Part shown: piece after piece, positions 1 to 12,300 of the stretch
Position numbering within the stretch: position 1 is the stretch's first letter
Layout: each line of letters starts with the position of its first letter
Notes under the pieces: generated by a model
Databases searched by the model: none
Seen by the model: the letters and a program-made list of their open reading frames with translations, nothing else
Told to the model about the DNA's origin: nothing
Position numbers and translations under genes: made by a program
Assembly: GCF_000143415.4 (NCBI RefSeq)
Contig: NW_003314306.1
Span: 232,029-296,028 of the forward strand
Length of the DNA stretch: 64,000 nt
Direction of reading: 5' to 3'
DNA from: Selaginella moellendorffii
Lineage: Eukaryota > Plantae > Lycopodiophyta

Positions 1-593
1 CTTATTAGATGGTCCTAGTTTACACTATTATAATTAATTATATAGTAATATATAGAGTTTCAAAAGGATGTCTGTTCTATGAGAATCTTTGTGTGACATG
101 AGGCTGGACGAGGTACGCCTAGTTAGCAGACGTCCAGATATAAGTGTCCTGGCGTACCACCCGGTTCAACATGCACCCCATTGGACCATTCGATACGTCC
201 GGCCCGAATCAACCTCGTCTCCACTTGCACACTTGCACGCACGGTCATCTAGCTTCGCAATTAAATGCCTCTGCAAAATATACTGTTGATGAAAATTTAA
301 CAGAAAGAGAGAATTCATATTATCATTTTCTTTTCCAAACTATGGTGGACGAGAACGAACACGTCCTTGTGAGAGGAGTCTTGTGCGATGTTGAAAACTT
401 TGCCCCCCCTCGGCAACTTAAACGCGGGGAGCTGCAACTGGACTGACCTCTAGGAAAACAATTCTGGCCAATCCAACCAACGCAGCAGCTAAAACCTCCT
501 AGTCTACAAACTCGAAAAAAGAGAGAAAAAAAAAAAATACAGACCCTTGTCGAAAGAGTTTGATGATGCAAAGTTAGTGTGTTCTTCCGCTTT

Positions 594-1414
594 TCAATCC
601 ATGACGCAATTCGCTGGAGCAAAGCCGATCCTGGAGCGCTCGAGGTCGTGCTCGATCAAGTAATCCTGCTGCTGGTAGTTTCCAATCACGTTAACTCCGC
701 CCTGCGCGACCGCCCCGGCATTCACGAACGCCAGGCAGATGGTCACCACTTGCGGCGTCCTGGCCAAAGGTACCCACACACTCGCTTCTCGGAGCTCCAT
801 GTCTACGTTGTTCTTGAAGTGGAGCGTGACGAGCGGAGCCCTTGGTAGCCTCGAGTAACCGGCAGCTACGTCGTAGCACAGCTCGTTTGTAAAATCACTT
901 CCGCTCGTTCGATTGAGGTGTAAGACCCGGCGTCCAAACGCTTCCACCAGTGCTGTGTGAGCCGGCTCCACCAGGAAAGACACCGTCGTTCCAGAGTCGA
1001 AATAAGTTCCACCGTTCCCGAGCCTGTCGATCTTGAATGCCGAGCGTGGGATGTGGAGCAGCTCCCCCCCGACACTTATTCCTTGCAAGCCGACGTAGTA
1101 GAAGTCGACGATACTCGCAATTGGAGGCTCCTGCTCCAGAGATAGATACTGGAAGTGGTGCGCTGGAATTCCCGAGTCCCCGAAAATTATAACTCCGGAC
1201 GCGTTGAGATGCTCTGCTCGGTTCGGGAAGCAGTAGGAGAACCTGTCCGATAGCCCGCTCTTACTCCGGCTCCCAATCTGAGCGGGAAACGAGAAACTCC
1301 CCCGGTTGAGTCCCAGAGTTCCCGACGAATAGTCTACCGGACGCTGGAGGTCTTTGCTTGCGCAGCCGAATATCACATCCCCCAGCGTCGACGGCGCTCC
1401 ATCCCAGCTCTGCA
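594..1414 (-). CDS. A1-family (nepenthesin-like) aspartic protease, C-terminal part; the N-terminus falls in the assembly gap 1415-2221
   Basis: Translation shows FGC..GTLGLNRGSFSFPAQI, FSYC, FYYVGLQGISVGG, the second catalytic motif FDSGT, VIGNYQQQ and the C-terminal RIGFAPANC. Confidence 0.9.
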
Positions 1415-2863
1415 NNNNNNNNNNNNNNNNNNNNNNNNNNNNNNNNNNNNNNNNNNNNNNNNNNNNNNNNNNNNNNNNNNNNNNNNNNNNNNNNNNNNNN
1501 NNNNNNNNNNNNNNNNNNNNNNNNNNNNNNNNNNNNNNNNNNNNNNNNNNNNNNNNNNNNNNNNNNNNNNNNNNNNNNNNNNNNNNNNNNNNNNNNNNNN
1601 NNNNNNNNNNNNNNNNNNNNNNNNNNNNNNNNNNNNNNNNNNNNNNNNNNNNNNNNNNNNNNNNNNNNNNNNNNNNNNNNNNNNNNNNNNNNNNNNNNNN
1701 NNNNNNNNNNNNNNNNNNNNNNNNNNNNNNNNNNNNNNNNNNNNNNNNNNNNNNNNNNNNNNNNNNNNNNNNNNNNNNNNNNNNNNNNNNNNNNNNNNNN
1801 NNNNNNNNNNNNNNNNNNNNNNNNNNNNNNNNNNNNNNNNNNNNNNNNNNNNNNNNNNNNNNNNNNNNNNNNNNNNNNNNNNNNNNNNNNNNNNNNNNNN
1901 NNNNNNNNNNNNNNNNNNNNNNNNNNNNNNNNNNNNNNNNNNNNNNNNNNNNNNNNNNNNNNNNNNNNNNNNNNNNNNNNNNNNNNNNNNNNNNNNNNNN
2001 NNNNNNNNNNNNNNNNNNNNNNNNNNNNNNNNNNNNNNNNNNNNNNNNNNNNNNNNNNNNNNNNNNNNNNNNNNNNNNNNNNNNNNNNNNNNNNNNNNNN
2101 NNNNNNNNNNNNNNNNNNNNNNNNNNNNNNNNNNNNNNNNNNNNNNNNNNNNNNNNNNNNNNNNNNNNNNNNNNNNNNNNNNNNNNNNNNNNNNNNNNNN
2201 NNNNNNNNNNNNNNNNNNNNNACAATCAAGCAGCATCTTCACCAAGCTCATGAATGCCTTATCAACGAGGAGAAAACCAACTTAAACAAATTGCAAGAGA
2301 GAAACTTACGAGGATCTATATTGCGTGACGACGATTCCTTGCTCGGCTCGGCTCGACCGCTCGTGTAGAAAAACCCCGCTGCAAGCGATTGACCAAGCGA
2401 ATTCTCTGGACGACTTCTACCATGTTTCCAAGGGATTTAAGACCTGGTTGCGTTGTTTCCAAAGGATCTGCAGCTGAATTTTGTGAGAATGATTATGAAC
2501 TGCGGTTGCCAACGAAAATATATATCAGGCAAATGATTGTACGGTTGCCGCGAGTTAAAGCCAAGCCTGCGTAAGCGGTCATGTCCATCACTGAGAGAAA
2601 CAGCGGATTATTTCCAGTAAATTCAGAAAATAAACAAATAGTAGCTTACAGATTAGACAAGAGCATGACGTTTTGACCATGTGTGAAGTTTAATCAGCAT
2701 GACGTTTGTGTCAAACGCCGACGAATCTCTTAGTTCTGCCAGAATTACAAGCAAAAAGGTGTTACATACAGATACGAAAATGCTGTACACAAACGGAAGA
2801 CTCCCTCGCAGATTCGAAGGACAGGGCGAGCACTCAAGCCTGGGTCAGCCTACAACGATTTCT

Positions 2864-5265
2864 CTATGCCTGTCCACATTTGCGAAGACATCTAAAACCC
2901 TCTTCTTCGTACTCTTGTCTTGTAATCCAGAAATCAGATGTATCCTGCGCGGTTGAGCTGTTGAATTAGCAAGTAAAATGTTTTCAAGTACCTTCATGAT
3001 GCCAGCTAAAACTGCACCACCCAAGTAAACCATGTGCTTCCGCCGGGGAGGGTCTTCAATTCGAAGCTTGAACTTCTGCAACCATTTGTAGTTTAGAAAC
3101 GAAACGACAATAAGACTGCCTTCACCTTCAAACCCTCTTTATTTCCTTTCAAAACTGTCTTGAGGTAAAAATCTCGAATCTCCCTCTCTAACCTGGCCAA
3201 AGGAGACGAAACTGTACATTTGAAATCAAGAGCTCTAAATAGAAACACTTACCGGCTAGGTAGACCAGGATACATTGTGCTTCCTCCACTTAGGACAATG
3301 TGTTGATAAAGCTGCAGTCCTACCACAAGTAAAAATCTCAAGGACACAGCAAAAAAGGATTACCGTCATACGATTGTCAATGTCCATTTCTTGAATGCAT
3401 CTGAATACAAGCTCGGCAAGTCCTCCTCCTTCCATATCCAGCAGTTCCTGGACAAAACTCTCTAAAGTTACAACGTGAATACCAGCAGAAGTAACAGTGC
3501 TAACCGGATTGAACAACGCTTCTGGTGCTTGGAAGCGTTCCGCGCCTACCTTTATGACTCGTCCATCTGGCAACTGAAAACAAACAGATTTTATAAGTTC
3601 ACTCAAAGTTACAAATTACAGACCGTATATTGCTTCACCACAATAGTTGTCTCCAGTGCCAATTGAGTTTCTCGCTTGTAGTCAAAACTTTAAGACAACA
3701 ATTTTAGTTAGAAATCAGTTCGTGATCTAGCACGCTGACAAACCTGACATAACATAGCTTCTCTTTCATTTCCCTTACTGTTTCAAAGTCCGCGCTCCTG
3801 TTAAAAGCGTACCTGCAAGGAGAAAAAGAAACGCCAAGCTAAAATGAACTAGTATAAAAGCAGTCAGCTTTACCCTCTACGGAGCAGAAGATCGATAAGG
3901 TAGGAGGTAACATGACGCCCTGCAATATTCATGCGTTTTGTGAGGTGAGGGAACGAGTACCCATCTACAACAGGTACCTGGCACCACGGTTACAGTTACA
4001 ATCGAGATGACAAACGAGAAAGATAAAGTAGAAGTGGATACTTACAATGTGTGTAACTCCGTCTCCAGAGTCAACTACGAGCCCCGTTAATAATCCTGCT
4101 CATTCAAGAAAACACAACAGTACATTAATGTAAGGTCTTTGCTCCAAGAACCTTGGGCATAGAGTGTTAAAACGGCCTGAATTTGGATATAAACAGCTGC
4201 AAAATTGTACTTCTCAAACATAGTCTCAACCTGATCAAAACCTTTGGTTATGGCTAGAAACCAGGTTCAAAATAACGTACCATTTTTTCGCGATTCTTAG
4301 TAGGATTAAGTGGAGGATCAGTAAGCAATATTTTGCACTCCGAAGGGCTAATCTGTAATATTTCACCATCATAGATGTACCACAAAAACATTTGAATCGT
4401 GCAACTTACTTTTAGAACGTTCTGAAATGCATGATCCCAGACGTGCCCCATATCTTCCNNNNNNNNNNNNNNNNNNNNNNNNNNNNNNNNNNNNNNNNNN
4501 NNNNNNNNNNNNNNNNNNNNNNNNNNNNNNNNNNNNNNNNNNNNNNNNNNNNNNNNNNTGTCTTAGTTCTGTACACGCATCCCCCACAACTATGTCCTGC
4601 CTCTTACATGATTAAAAGAGCGAAAAGAAAATTTTGAAGAAGCAAACTATACCTTTAATTCCTGCTCCGTGAGCGACTCTTCGTACCGGAGCATTGGCCT
4701 TCCAACCATGCAGGGAAAAACCGCAGTGGGAAAATTCTCACCCGCAAACCCGCATTTGATGAACTGCACGAAGAATAATAGTCACTTTCTAATGAGATAT
4801 CAAGATCCAAAAAATCCGGACAGCAAGGAGGAAGAATAAATCTCTCTCGAGTCTGGAGGTGGTATTTATCTCTCTCTCCAGCAGACGCTCTGGAACGAAA
4901 AGAGCTCGTGTATGAGACACAATAAATTTGTCTTTCTTTCCCAACCAGGAAAAGATATCTAGAAAGGAGTTTCCTTTCAGGGAGAGCCCAAACAAGCCAA
5001 CAGAACAAATATAAATCGAAAATGCGGCTGGAAGATCGTCCTGAGAGAAATCACGGATTCTCACAGAGAGCAAGCAAGAGCACGGATTATCCCGACTAGC
5101 AGTGCCTCAAATGCAGCAGGGAAACCAAGGCGAGAAGGCGAGAGAGAGGAGAAAGAGAGACCAAGTACAGATTTCCTCCCTAGAATGCACAGCTGCGAGC
5201 GCTGGAGCCAAATTTCGAGATCTTACCCCTGTTCCATTGTCACAGACGATGACATCGTGTGCCAT
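2864..5265 (-). CDS. ARP2: Actin-related protein 2 (Arp2/3 complex), multi-exon; gene span given; small gap at 4459-4558
   Basis: Exon 1 (5265-5227) reads [13 protein letters not shown] followed by a GT donor. Other exons give [37 protein letters not shown] and [24 protein letters not shown]. Last exon [26 protein letters not shown] ends in TAG at 2864-2866. Confidence 0.95.
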
Positions 5266-5378
5266 CGCCAGAGGATCGGCGCCCCCAGCACCTCGCGAGA
5301 GAGGAAGGGACCACAAACCCTAACCCCGTTATTTTGCTGTAGACAGAGCATTAGGGTTTTTCGGGGTAGAGTAGTGCT
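5266..5378. promoter_or_regulatory. Probable bidirectional promoter between ARP2 and MRS2 with two inverted telo-boxes
   Basis: 113 bp separate the divergent ATGs; AAACCCTAA at 5315-5323 and TTAGGGTTT at 5351-5359. Confidence 0.6.
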
Positions 5379-7241
5379 ATGCAGCATTTGCGGCATCGAG
5401 GAGGAGGAGGAGGAGGAGCTACGCCACTGCTCGGCGGCGCGGACGCATCGATCGCCGCCGAGAATGCCGAATTCAAGGCGGCGTCCGGGCGGACGCCCAT
5501 GGGAATGCGCAAGAAAGGAATGGGGGTGAGAATGTGGCTCGTGATCAACAGCTCCGGCGTCCAGCGCCTCGAGGCCGGTAAACACGCGATAATGCGAAGA
5601 ACATCGCTGCCGGCTAGGGACTTGAGGATTCTGGACCCGCTGCTGTCGTATCCATCCACGATTTTGGGGCGGGAGCGCGCCATCGTCGTGAATCTAGAGC
5701 ACATCAAGGCGATTATCTCGGCTCACGAGGTCCTGCTTCTCAATTCCAAGGACCCTCTCGTTGCTCCGTTCGTGGACGAGCTTAGAGGTCGGCTTCCAGT
5801 TCACTACAACGCTCTGGGACAACAGGTAATAAAAGGAAGTTTTATTCTCTCGTACTTTCTCTTATACGTAAGAAACTTTCCAGGTTCCAGGGGATGGTGG
5901 TGGTGGGATGAGCGACACCGAAATCCCATCGAGACCATCTCAGGATGATGAAGCTAACGGATCCATCGACGCCTCCATCTCATTAGAAGCTCCTGAAGGT
6001 TCCAGTTTCAAGTTTAGCAATGATCTCCAGAACAAAGGCGGGCCTAGCGTATTGCCTTTCGAATTTCGAGCTCTGGAAGCTTGTCTCGAGGCTGCTTGTA
6101 GTTGCCTTGATGCGGAGGTGATTCAAGCTCTTTCCGGGTTCGCTATTTGAATTAATCGTTTTCTTACAGACGAACGCACTGGAACAACAAGCATATCCGG
6201 CCTTGGACGAGCTCACGTCGAAGATCAGCACACTCAATCTCGAGCGTGTAAGATTGATAAAGTCTCGGCTCGTTGCCATATCAGGGCGTGTCCAGAAGGT
6301 AAGAGCTATCATTTAGATGCTTCTTACGCTTTGGGTGATTTTTTCTTTTTCTTTTTCGTGATTTTGAATCTCAAAGGTCAGAGATGAGATAGAGCAATTG
6401 TTAGACGATGATGGAGACATGGCTGAAATGTACTTGACAGATAAACTATCTCGCCAGCAGCTGGATGGAGTGCCATCGCCTCCTGCCTATGACATGGACG
6501 AGGAAGAAAAAGACAATGCTGAAGAGAACGAACAAAGGTAGGTCTTTGTACTAAGTTCTGATTTAATCCTTGCTTTCAACAGGCTCGATGAGAGACAGGC
6601 TGCCGAGAAGAACCAATTCATGTAAGAAAGTTTCCTTTCACTGCGGTGTTCGCTGAATTTTGGACGTTTCCAGGCCCGACGTGAAAGCGGAAGCTCAAAC
6701 CGCGTTTGAAGCCATGCGAGAAACTTTGAGTGGACTTCACAAGGGCGATGGACTCAGCAGCAGCTCCCGGAGCAGCAACAAGAGCAGCAGTAGCCACAGC
6801 AACCACCCAAAGCAAAACCTCGACGTGGAGGAGCTGGAGATGCTGCTCGAGGCCTACTTCGTCCAGATCGATGGCACACTCAACAAGCTCTCAACTGTAA
6901 GTTTCTCTTTACTCTTATTCCAAAGAGATCGATTCCAACCTTTGCAAACTTGTGCGCAGCTCAGGGACTACGTCGAAGACACGGAAGACTACATCAACAT
7001 AATGCTGGACGACAAGCAAAACCATCTCTTGCAAATGGGGGTGATGCTCACGACCGCGACGCTGGTGGTGAGCGGATTCATCGTCGTCACTGGGATCTTT
7101 GGGATGAACATAAGGATCTCTCTTTTCAACGAGGGGACGCTCACGCAGTTCCTTTGGGTCGTCGGCGGCGCGGGCGTTGGAGCGCTCCTGGTGTATATTC
7201 TTGTCATTGGATGGTGTAGATATAAGCGCCTCCTTGAATAA
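5379..7241 (+). CDS. MRS2: MRS2/CorA-family magnesium transporter, multi-exon
   Basis: LPARDLRILDPLLSYPSTILGRERAIVVNLEHIKAII, LPFEFRALE, ELEMLLEAYF, DTEDYINIMLDDKQNHLLQ, GMN motif and two C-terminal TM helices. Confidence 0.95.
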
Positions 7242-7244
7242 ATC

Positions 7245-7298
7245 TGGGCCGTTAGATATGACTCATATTGGGATCGTTCTGCTGTGACCTAACCCTAG
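7245..7298 (+). promoter_or_regulatory. Ribosomal-protein-type promoter elements (site II motif and telo-box)
   Basis: TGGGCC at 7245-7250 and AACCCTAG at 7291-7298, directly upstream of the RPP3 ATG. Confidence 0.5.
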
Positions 7299-7305
7299 GG
7301 CGGCC

Positions 7306-8042
7306 ATGGCGGTATTTACATTCGTGTGCAAGCACACTGGCGGCTCTTGGAGCGCCAAGCAACGGGGAGGCGATCTAGAAGGCAGCGCTGCGAATCCGCT
7401 GGAGCTCCAGAAGCAGATGCGCGATCTGGCGCTGCAATCCGCGGGCGCCGGTGCCGTCTCTGTGGATTTCGCGCTCATCACACCCTCAGCTGGGGTTCTC
7501 CAGGTAAGCGATCGTTCGTTCTGTGCCTGGTTTCGTTTCTAGGGTCCTGGTAAAAGCAGAGGTTTTTGATCTTGTAAATGAGAGAATCTCTCGTCGATCC
7601 CAGGTAGATTTCTCTTGCATCATTTTAGGTGGTGAGCTGCTGCTGTGTCCTCCAGGCAGATGGTTCAATCCATGGTGCTAAATTTGTTTTCTTTTACTCT
7701 TCTAGATCGAGTTTGCTGAGTGATGTAAATCGAAAGACCGATGAGCTATGCCAGTTTTTGGCTATCGCTCTGTCCATGAGGTTTCTTTTATGTCATAGTT
7801 ACACTGACAGCAATCTCTTGACTGATATCTTTAGTTTACTCGTTTTGAGTCGCTCACTCTTCGTGTTGGTGATCTAGGTGATTGTTGGAGGCGGCGCTGG
7901 CGGAGCAGCGTTCGCTAGCGGTGGTGGAGCTCCAGCGGCTGGTGGCGCCGCTGCCGCTGCCCCAGCCCCAGCGGAGGAAGAAAAGAAGGAAGAGAAGGAA
8001 GCCAGCGAAGACGAAGACATGGGATTCTCCCTCTTCGACTAG
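7306..8042 (+). CDS. RPP3: 60S acidic ribosomal protein P3 (exons 7306-7503 and 7878-8042)
   Basis: MAVFTFVCK N-terminus, Ala/Gly-rich hinge and C-terminal EDEDMGFSLFD*; GT-AG intron 7504-7877. Confidence 0.95.
7713..7813 (+). ncRNA. Intronic box C/D snoRNA, SNORD46/U40 (yeast snR63) type
   Basis: Box C GTGATGT at 7720-7726, box D CTGA at 7804-7807, terminal stem TTGCTG/CAGCAA. Guide GTCATAGTTAC is complementary to LSU rRNA GTAACTATGAC. An internal hairpin is also present. Confidence 0.85.
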
Positions 8043-8269
8043 GTGCGCTTCCCATTGCGCTTCTTTCCTTGTTTTCTTGCTCAAGCTAGAGAAACTTACG
8101 ATTTTTGGATCACTCTTGTCTCGTTTGTGGGCTTCTAAAGATCTGGGGCCTTTCCCGGCCACTCCAGCTCCCAACTTTGATCATCCACAAGAAAACCAGC
8201 CACATTGGAACGTTGTGCCTTCGTCGCTCCCATACGTAAAACTTGAGGAGTGAAGAGAGAGGTTCGAAT

Positions 8270-8615
8270 ATACCCTTGTCCGCTAGGCCGCCGGCGGCGA
8301 TGAGGCACTTGCCGCCGGAATAGATGTGGTGCGCGATGAAGAGGCGATCCGACGGCGACGTAGTGGAGGAGATCGACGGCGAAGAGGGCCGCGCTCCACT
8401 CCATGATCTTGTTCTGGAGGGCGTCGAGGATCCAGGTGATGGCTAGGGTTGATGCGACGAGGCTGTGCGCGAAGGCGATGACGCTGCTGCAGGCGCGGAT
8501 CCGCCTGGCGCCGCACCAGCGCCGGAAGCAAATCGACCAGGCGATGATGTACTGAGCCAGGATTGCGCCGGCGCTGCTGCCGCCGCGAGATTCTGGGCCT
8601 GGGATTGAGCTGCAT
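8270..8615 (-). pseudogene. TLC (TRAM/LAG1/CLN8) domain membrane-protein gene fragment, frameshifted
   Basis: Minus frame reads ..IRACSSVIAFAHSLVAST..LQNKIMEWSAALFAVDLLHYV.. and, after a frameshift, LFIAHH. This matches the plant TLC pattern DLLHY..FIxHH. No start codon, and segments are missing. Confidence 0.6.
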
Positions 8616-8650
8616 TGTCAAAATCAAATTTCATCTTGCGCGGGAGAACT

Positions 8651-8884
8651 TCACAAACGCTTTGAGCACAACTTCCATCCCGATTGTAGGTAGAGCTCAA
8701 GACGGACCAAGACGTGTCCAGTTAGTAAGTCGTTAAACGGGTACACAAGCCGGTTTGATGGGACCACATACCGGTTCATCACAACCACACCAGAATGTTT
8801 CCTGGCCGACTCAAATACCGGAGGTGCACTGCAAGTGTAAACCATTGCCAAGAGGAAGGTCATCAAAATAAAGAGCCTCGTCAT
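8651..8884 (-). pseudogene. Shortened paralog (77 aa) of the orphan secreted protein at 21148-21654
   Basis: Signal peptide MTRLFILMTFLLAMVYTCSA and motif PSNRLVYPFNDLL match the 21.1 kb ORF; upstream DNA is also similar. Confidence 0.6.
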
Positions 8885-9399
8885 TGAAAATCCAATAGAA
8901 TGTAAGGGTTTGGTATCATTGTTATGACAAAGTGATTTCCTCTTTTTTGTTTTGCTGAAAATATACTTTAGAGTTCTCTTTTGTTTTGCTGGAATTACTT
9001 CCAGTAAAACAAATGCCAAGAATTTCTTGTTAAGTTGGAAGGGGATGGGGACAAGAACAGGACCTGGAACTCTTTCAACAATGCCCTTCACATTGAAAGG
9101 TAGAATCTTTGTTAGGTTAGTATTGTCATTGAATCAATATAAGCAAATTTATTTCCTTTTCCATAGTTTATGTTCTTACATGTCTATTTAAAAAATGCTT
9201 TGGAGATGTGACACCGTGATATTCAGCCTCCAAAACTTGAGCCATGTAGTGGAGGAGCTTGACAGCGAATAAGGCAGTAAATGGGGGAATTAAATCCAGA
9301 GTGTGAGATGGAGAAAATTTGCATGGCATTATATGGTTTTTCTTGTTAAATGGCATTTATGAAAAAAAGAAAGAAATTGGGTGAAAACTTACTAAATAT

Positions 9400-12300
9400 G
9401 GAATTGGAGAACTAGTCCACAATGTGAACAACTGAGCTAAAACATTGGTCCCAATGCAAACTAGACCTCCAAGCAAAAGCCACCACCTCCGAGGCCATAA
9501 TCGAGCCTCTATTGTCTTTAAAGTGCTAGAAGCCCATGTGTACCAAATTTGCCACTGGCTTGGGGTCACCGAAAACTGTACACCACACCTGCTATGCAAT
9601 CCTCCACTGTGTCTGCCAAGTCCGTGTCATCGGCAGCCAATCACGGTTGCAGTAGTAGATTCAAGTGTATGATCATCGATCACGCCTCCAGTAGAAGATT
9701 CAAGTGTATGATCATCAATCAAGGCTCCAGTAGAAGATTCAAGTGTATGATCATCGATCACGGTTGCAGTAGTAGATTCAAGTGTATGATCACCGGGTTC
9801 CTGAGGATGAGCTTGATGGCCTTCTTACATGCCTCCTCAGTCGGCTCATTTGGCACTCGTTGAAGCAAGTGGCCACTTCATGTCCATCTTGTAAATACAA
9901 ACGCTTTATCGCTGCTTTGGTGAGGGGAGCAATGGTGCATCCTTTTGACACCTCTTGAACACTTGGAATATCAACCACCCCACAAATGTTGCCTGGGAAA
10001 ATGAATGAAATAGAATCCCAAGTCTATAATTCATGTCTCTGTCTTTATCTTGCAATAGTGAGCTTCCAGGGGACTTTCTAAAATGCCAGGAGGTGCCTCC
10101 CTCTCCATGGACGAAGAAACCTTGGCAATTGAAGGGCACACAGTTAGAAACTCAGCCAGTCAAATAAAACTGAAAATATTACATTGCTGCGATCTGAATA
10201 ACAATCCCAGCGTCCAAATTTGTATCTCCCAAACCAACACATCCCCAATCTCACAACCGTAGATAACTTTCAACTTCAGAGTTCTCACTGTTTGAATGGG
10301 AGCACAAGAACTTGGTCATATAGGAGCAATCTGAGCCGGAAGAAAGTTTTACGCACCATTAAGTCCATGGGAATTAATCTCCTGTAGGCGTCTCCGTATG
10401 GTTGTAACATAGCCTTGTCGATGAGGAAAAGTAAAAAGCCCACATATGTTGCATTGGCTCTTGGTACGGTGTAAATGTACGGATGGACGTGTATAAAGGA
10501 GAGGAGAGAGAGTAGGGTCATTACTTTTGTACCTTTTTTCGAAGCAAGGAAATGAAATGGCTTCCCATCTTTGACATGCCAGACAGGGATTTTCATTTTC
10601 CATGTAACTAGTGTCCAAGCTGAGGATTAAGATCTATGTTAATATGTTTTCAAATCACTTATGATGTGCTTTGCATTGCCTATGTTAATTGTGTGGTCTC
10701 ATTTTATTTTGTTTGTATGTTTTCTTGGGTAGGGTTCAAGCAACCAGTTCTCAGCATTACCTTCATTGACAGTAGGTTATAAATGATTGTCCACTCGGTG
10801 TTCGGGATGTCCAAGTAGTGCTGGATTCCTATTGAATGTCTGCTGAAGCACTTAGTTCTTTTAGTATTGGGATCTAGCACTTGTGATAGGTGACACTTGG
10901 ATTTCAACCCAACTTATGATGATTTGCAATTCTTTTTTGTGAGTAGTGATGTATGTTTGTTTTTCTTTGCATTTTTGTTTTGGAGCTTGAGACATACAGA
11001 CTTCTAGATTCAACCCTCAATTAAATATACACTTTTGGAAAATGGATTCTTCTTCATCATTGACATTTTCCTTTGTGGGTGACACCCTCTTTTCTACACA
11101 CTGGGACATGTGCACCCTAGTGAGTCGCCAAACTGGTACAGTATAAATGTATGGATGGATGTGTATGGTGATATAAAGGAGAGGAGAAAAAGTAATGTCA
11201 CTACCTTTGTACCCTTTTTGAAGCAAGGAAATGAAATGGCTTCCCAGCTCTATCAGAGAATTCCCTGGTGTTGTTCACCATGTCTCTATTTTGACACAAG
11301 TCCCTGGCAAAGGGAAAATACCATCAAAAATTAGCATGCAAAGTTGGAACTCTTACCTTCACACGCAACCAATATGTTGTGGCCTCCAGAATTGGTGCCG
11401 CCATGTTGACACTTCCTGATTCCTCAAAAATTTGCAATGCCACTGTCGCAAAAGAGTCTCTCGTAGTTGGCCCTGGCCACCCTACATTGTCAGGATTTTG
11501 TCCTACTGCTCCCAGTGTATTGCCTGTTTGTTTAGCATGTGCCGCACAAAGCTTGCACCATTGGCCCAATCGAATTCCTTATGGCCACCAATGCTCTTGA
11601 GTATTTCATCTTCCATGCAGTTTGCAACACCACAATGCTCAAGCAGCTTGTGTTTAAGCCACCGCACCAGTGACAAGAGGCCTTGGTTGTCAGCTAGATT
11701 CGTGATGAGTTCAACTGCGGAGGTGGTGTCGTTAATTGCGGCAGCCTCCTTGTTATGCAACGGTCTGCATCTTGGACTGCAAGAGCTGCCCTGTACTCCT
11801 TGCACGCATCCATCCACCTTCTCTGCTTAATTTCAAACCTGCATGAACCTCTTGCTAGCAATAGAATAAACTAGTATTCTCGAAGTGCTGCTTATGTGGC
11901 CATATGTGCATTGTCTAAAATATCTGAAACAGGCACTGGAGCCTCGGATTGCAGTCTTAATCGGGAAAGGATGGCAGTGGACTGCCACTACTTCACCCAA
12001 CTGTTGCCTCCTCCTGTGGCCTCCACGTCCTTGTCATCTTCAGCTTCTCAATGGTGCAGGTGTTGGTGCACTTGCCACAAATCAAGGGTGGTAAAGTATT
12101 AAAAGTTTTGTGGAGTTTTAGCACTATCACTTTTCTTCAAGCCCGAGCAGAGCTTTGGTAGAGATTCCAATACTTGTCTGTCATGTGGTTCATCATGTTG
12201 TACAGAAAAACTACAGTAGCCTAGCATACATTGCTCTTGTTGCAAACCACCTCACGTTTCATCAGCTTCCCAACATGGTGGCTTGATTGCAATCTCTCTA

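Noticed and set aside
1261-2368. Long ORFs spanning N runs (also 4369-4637 and 19711-20304)
   Set aside because: They are artefacts of assembly gaps translated as X.
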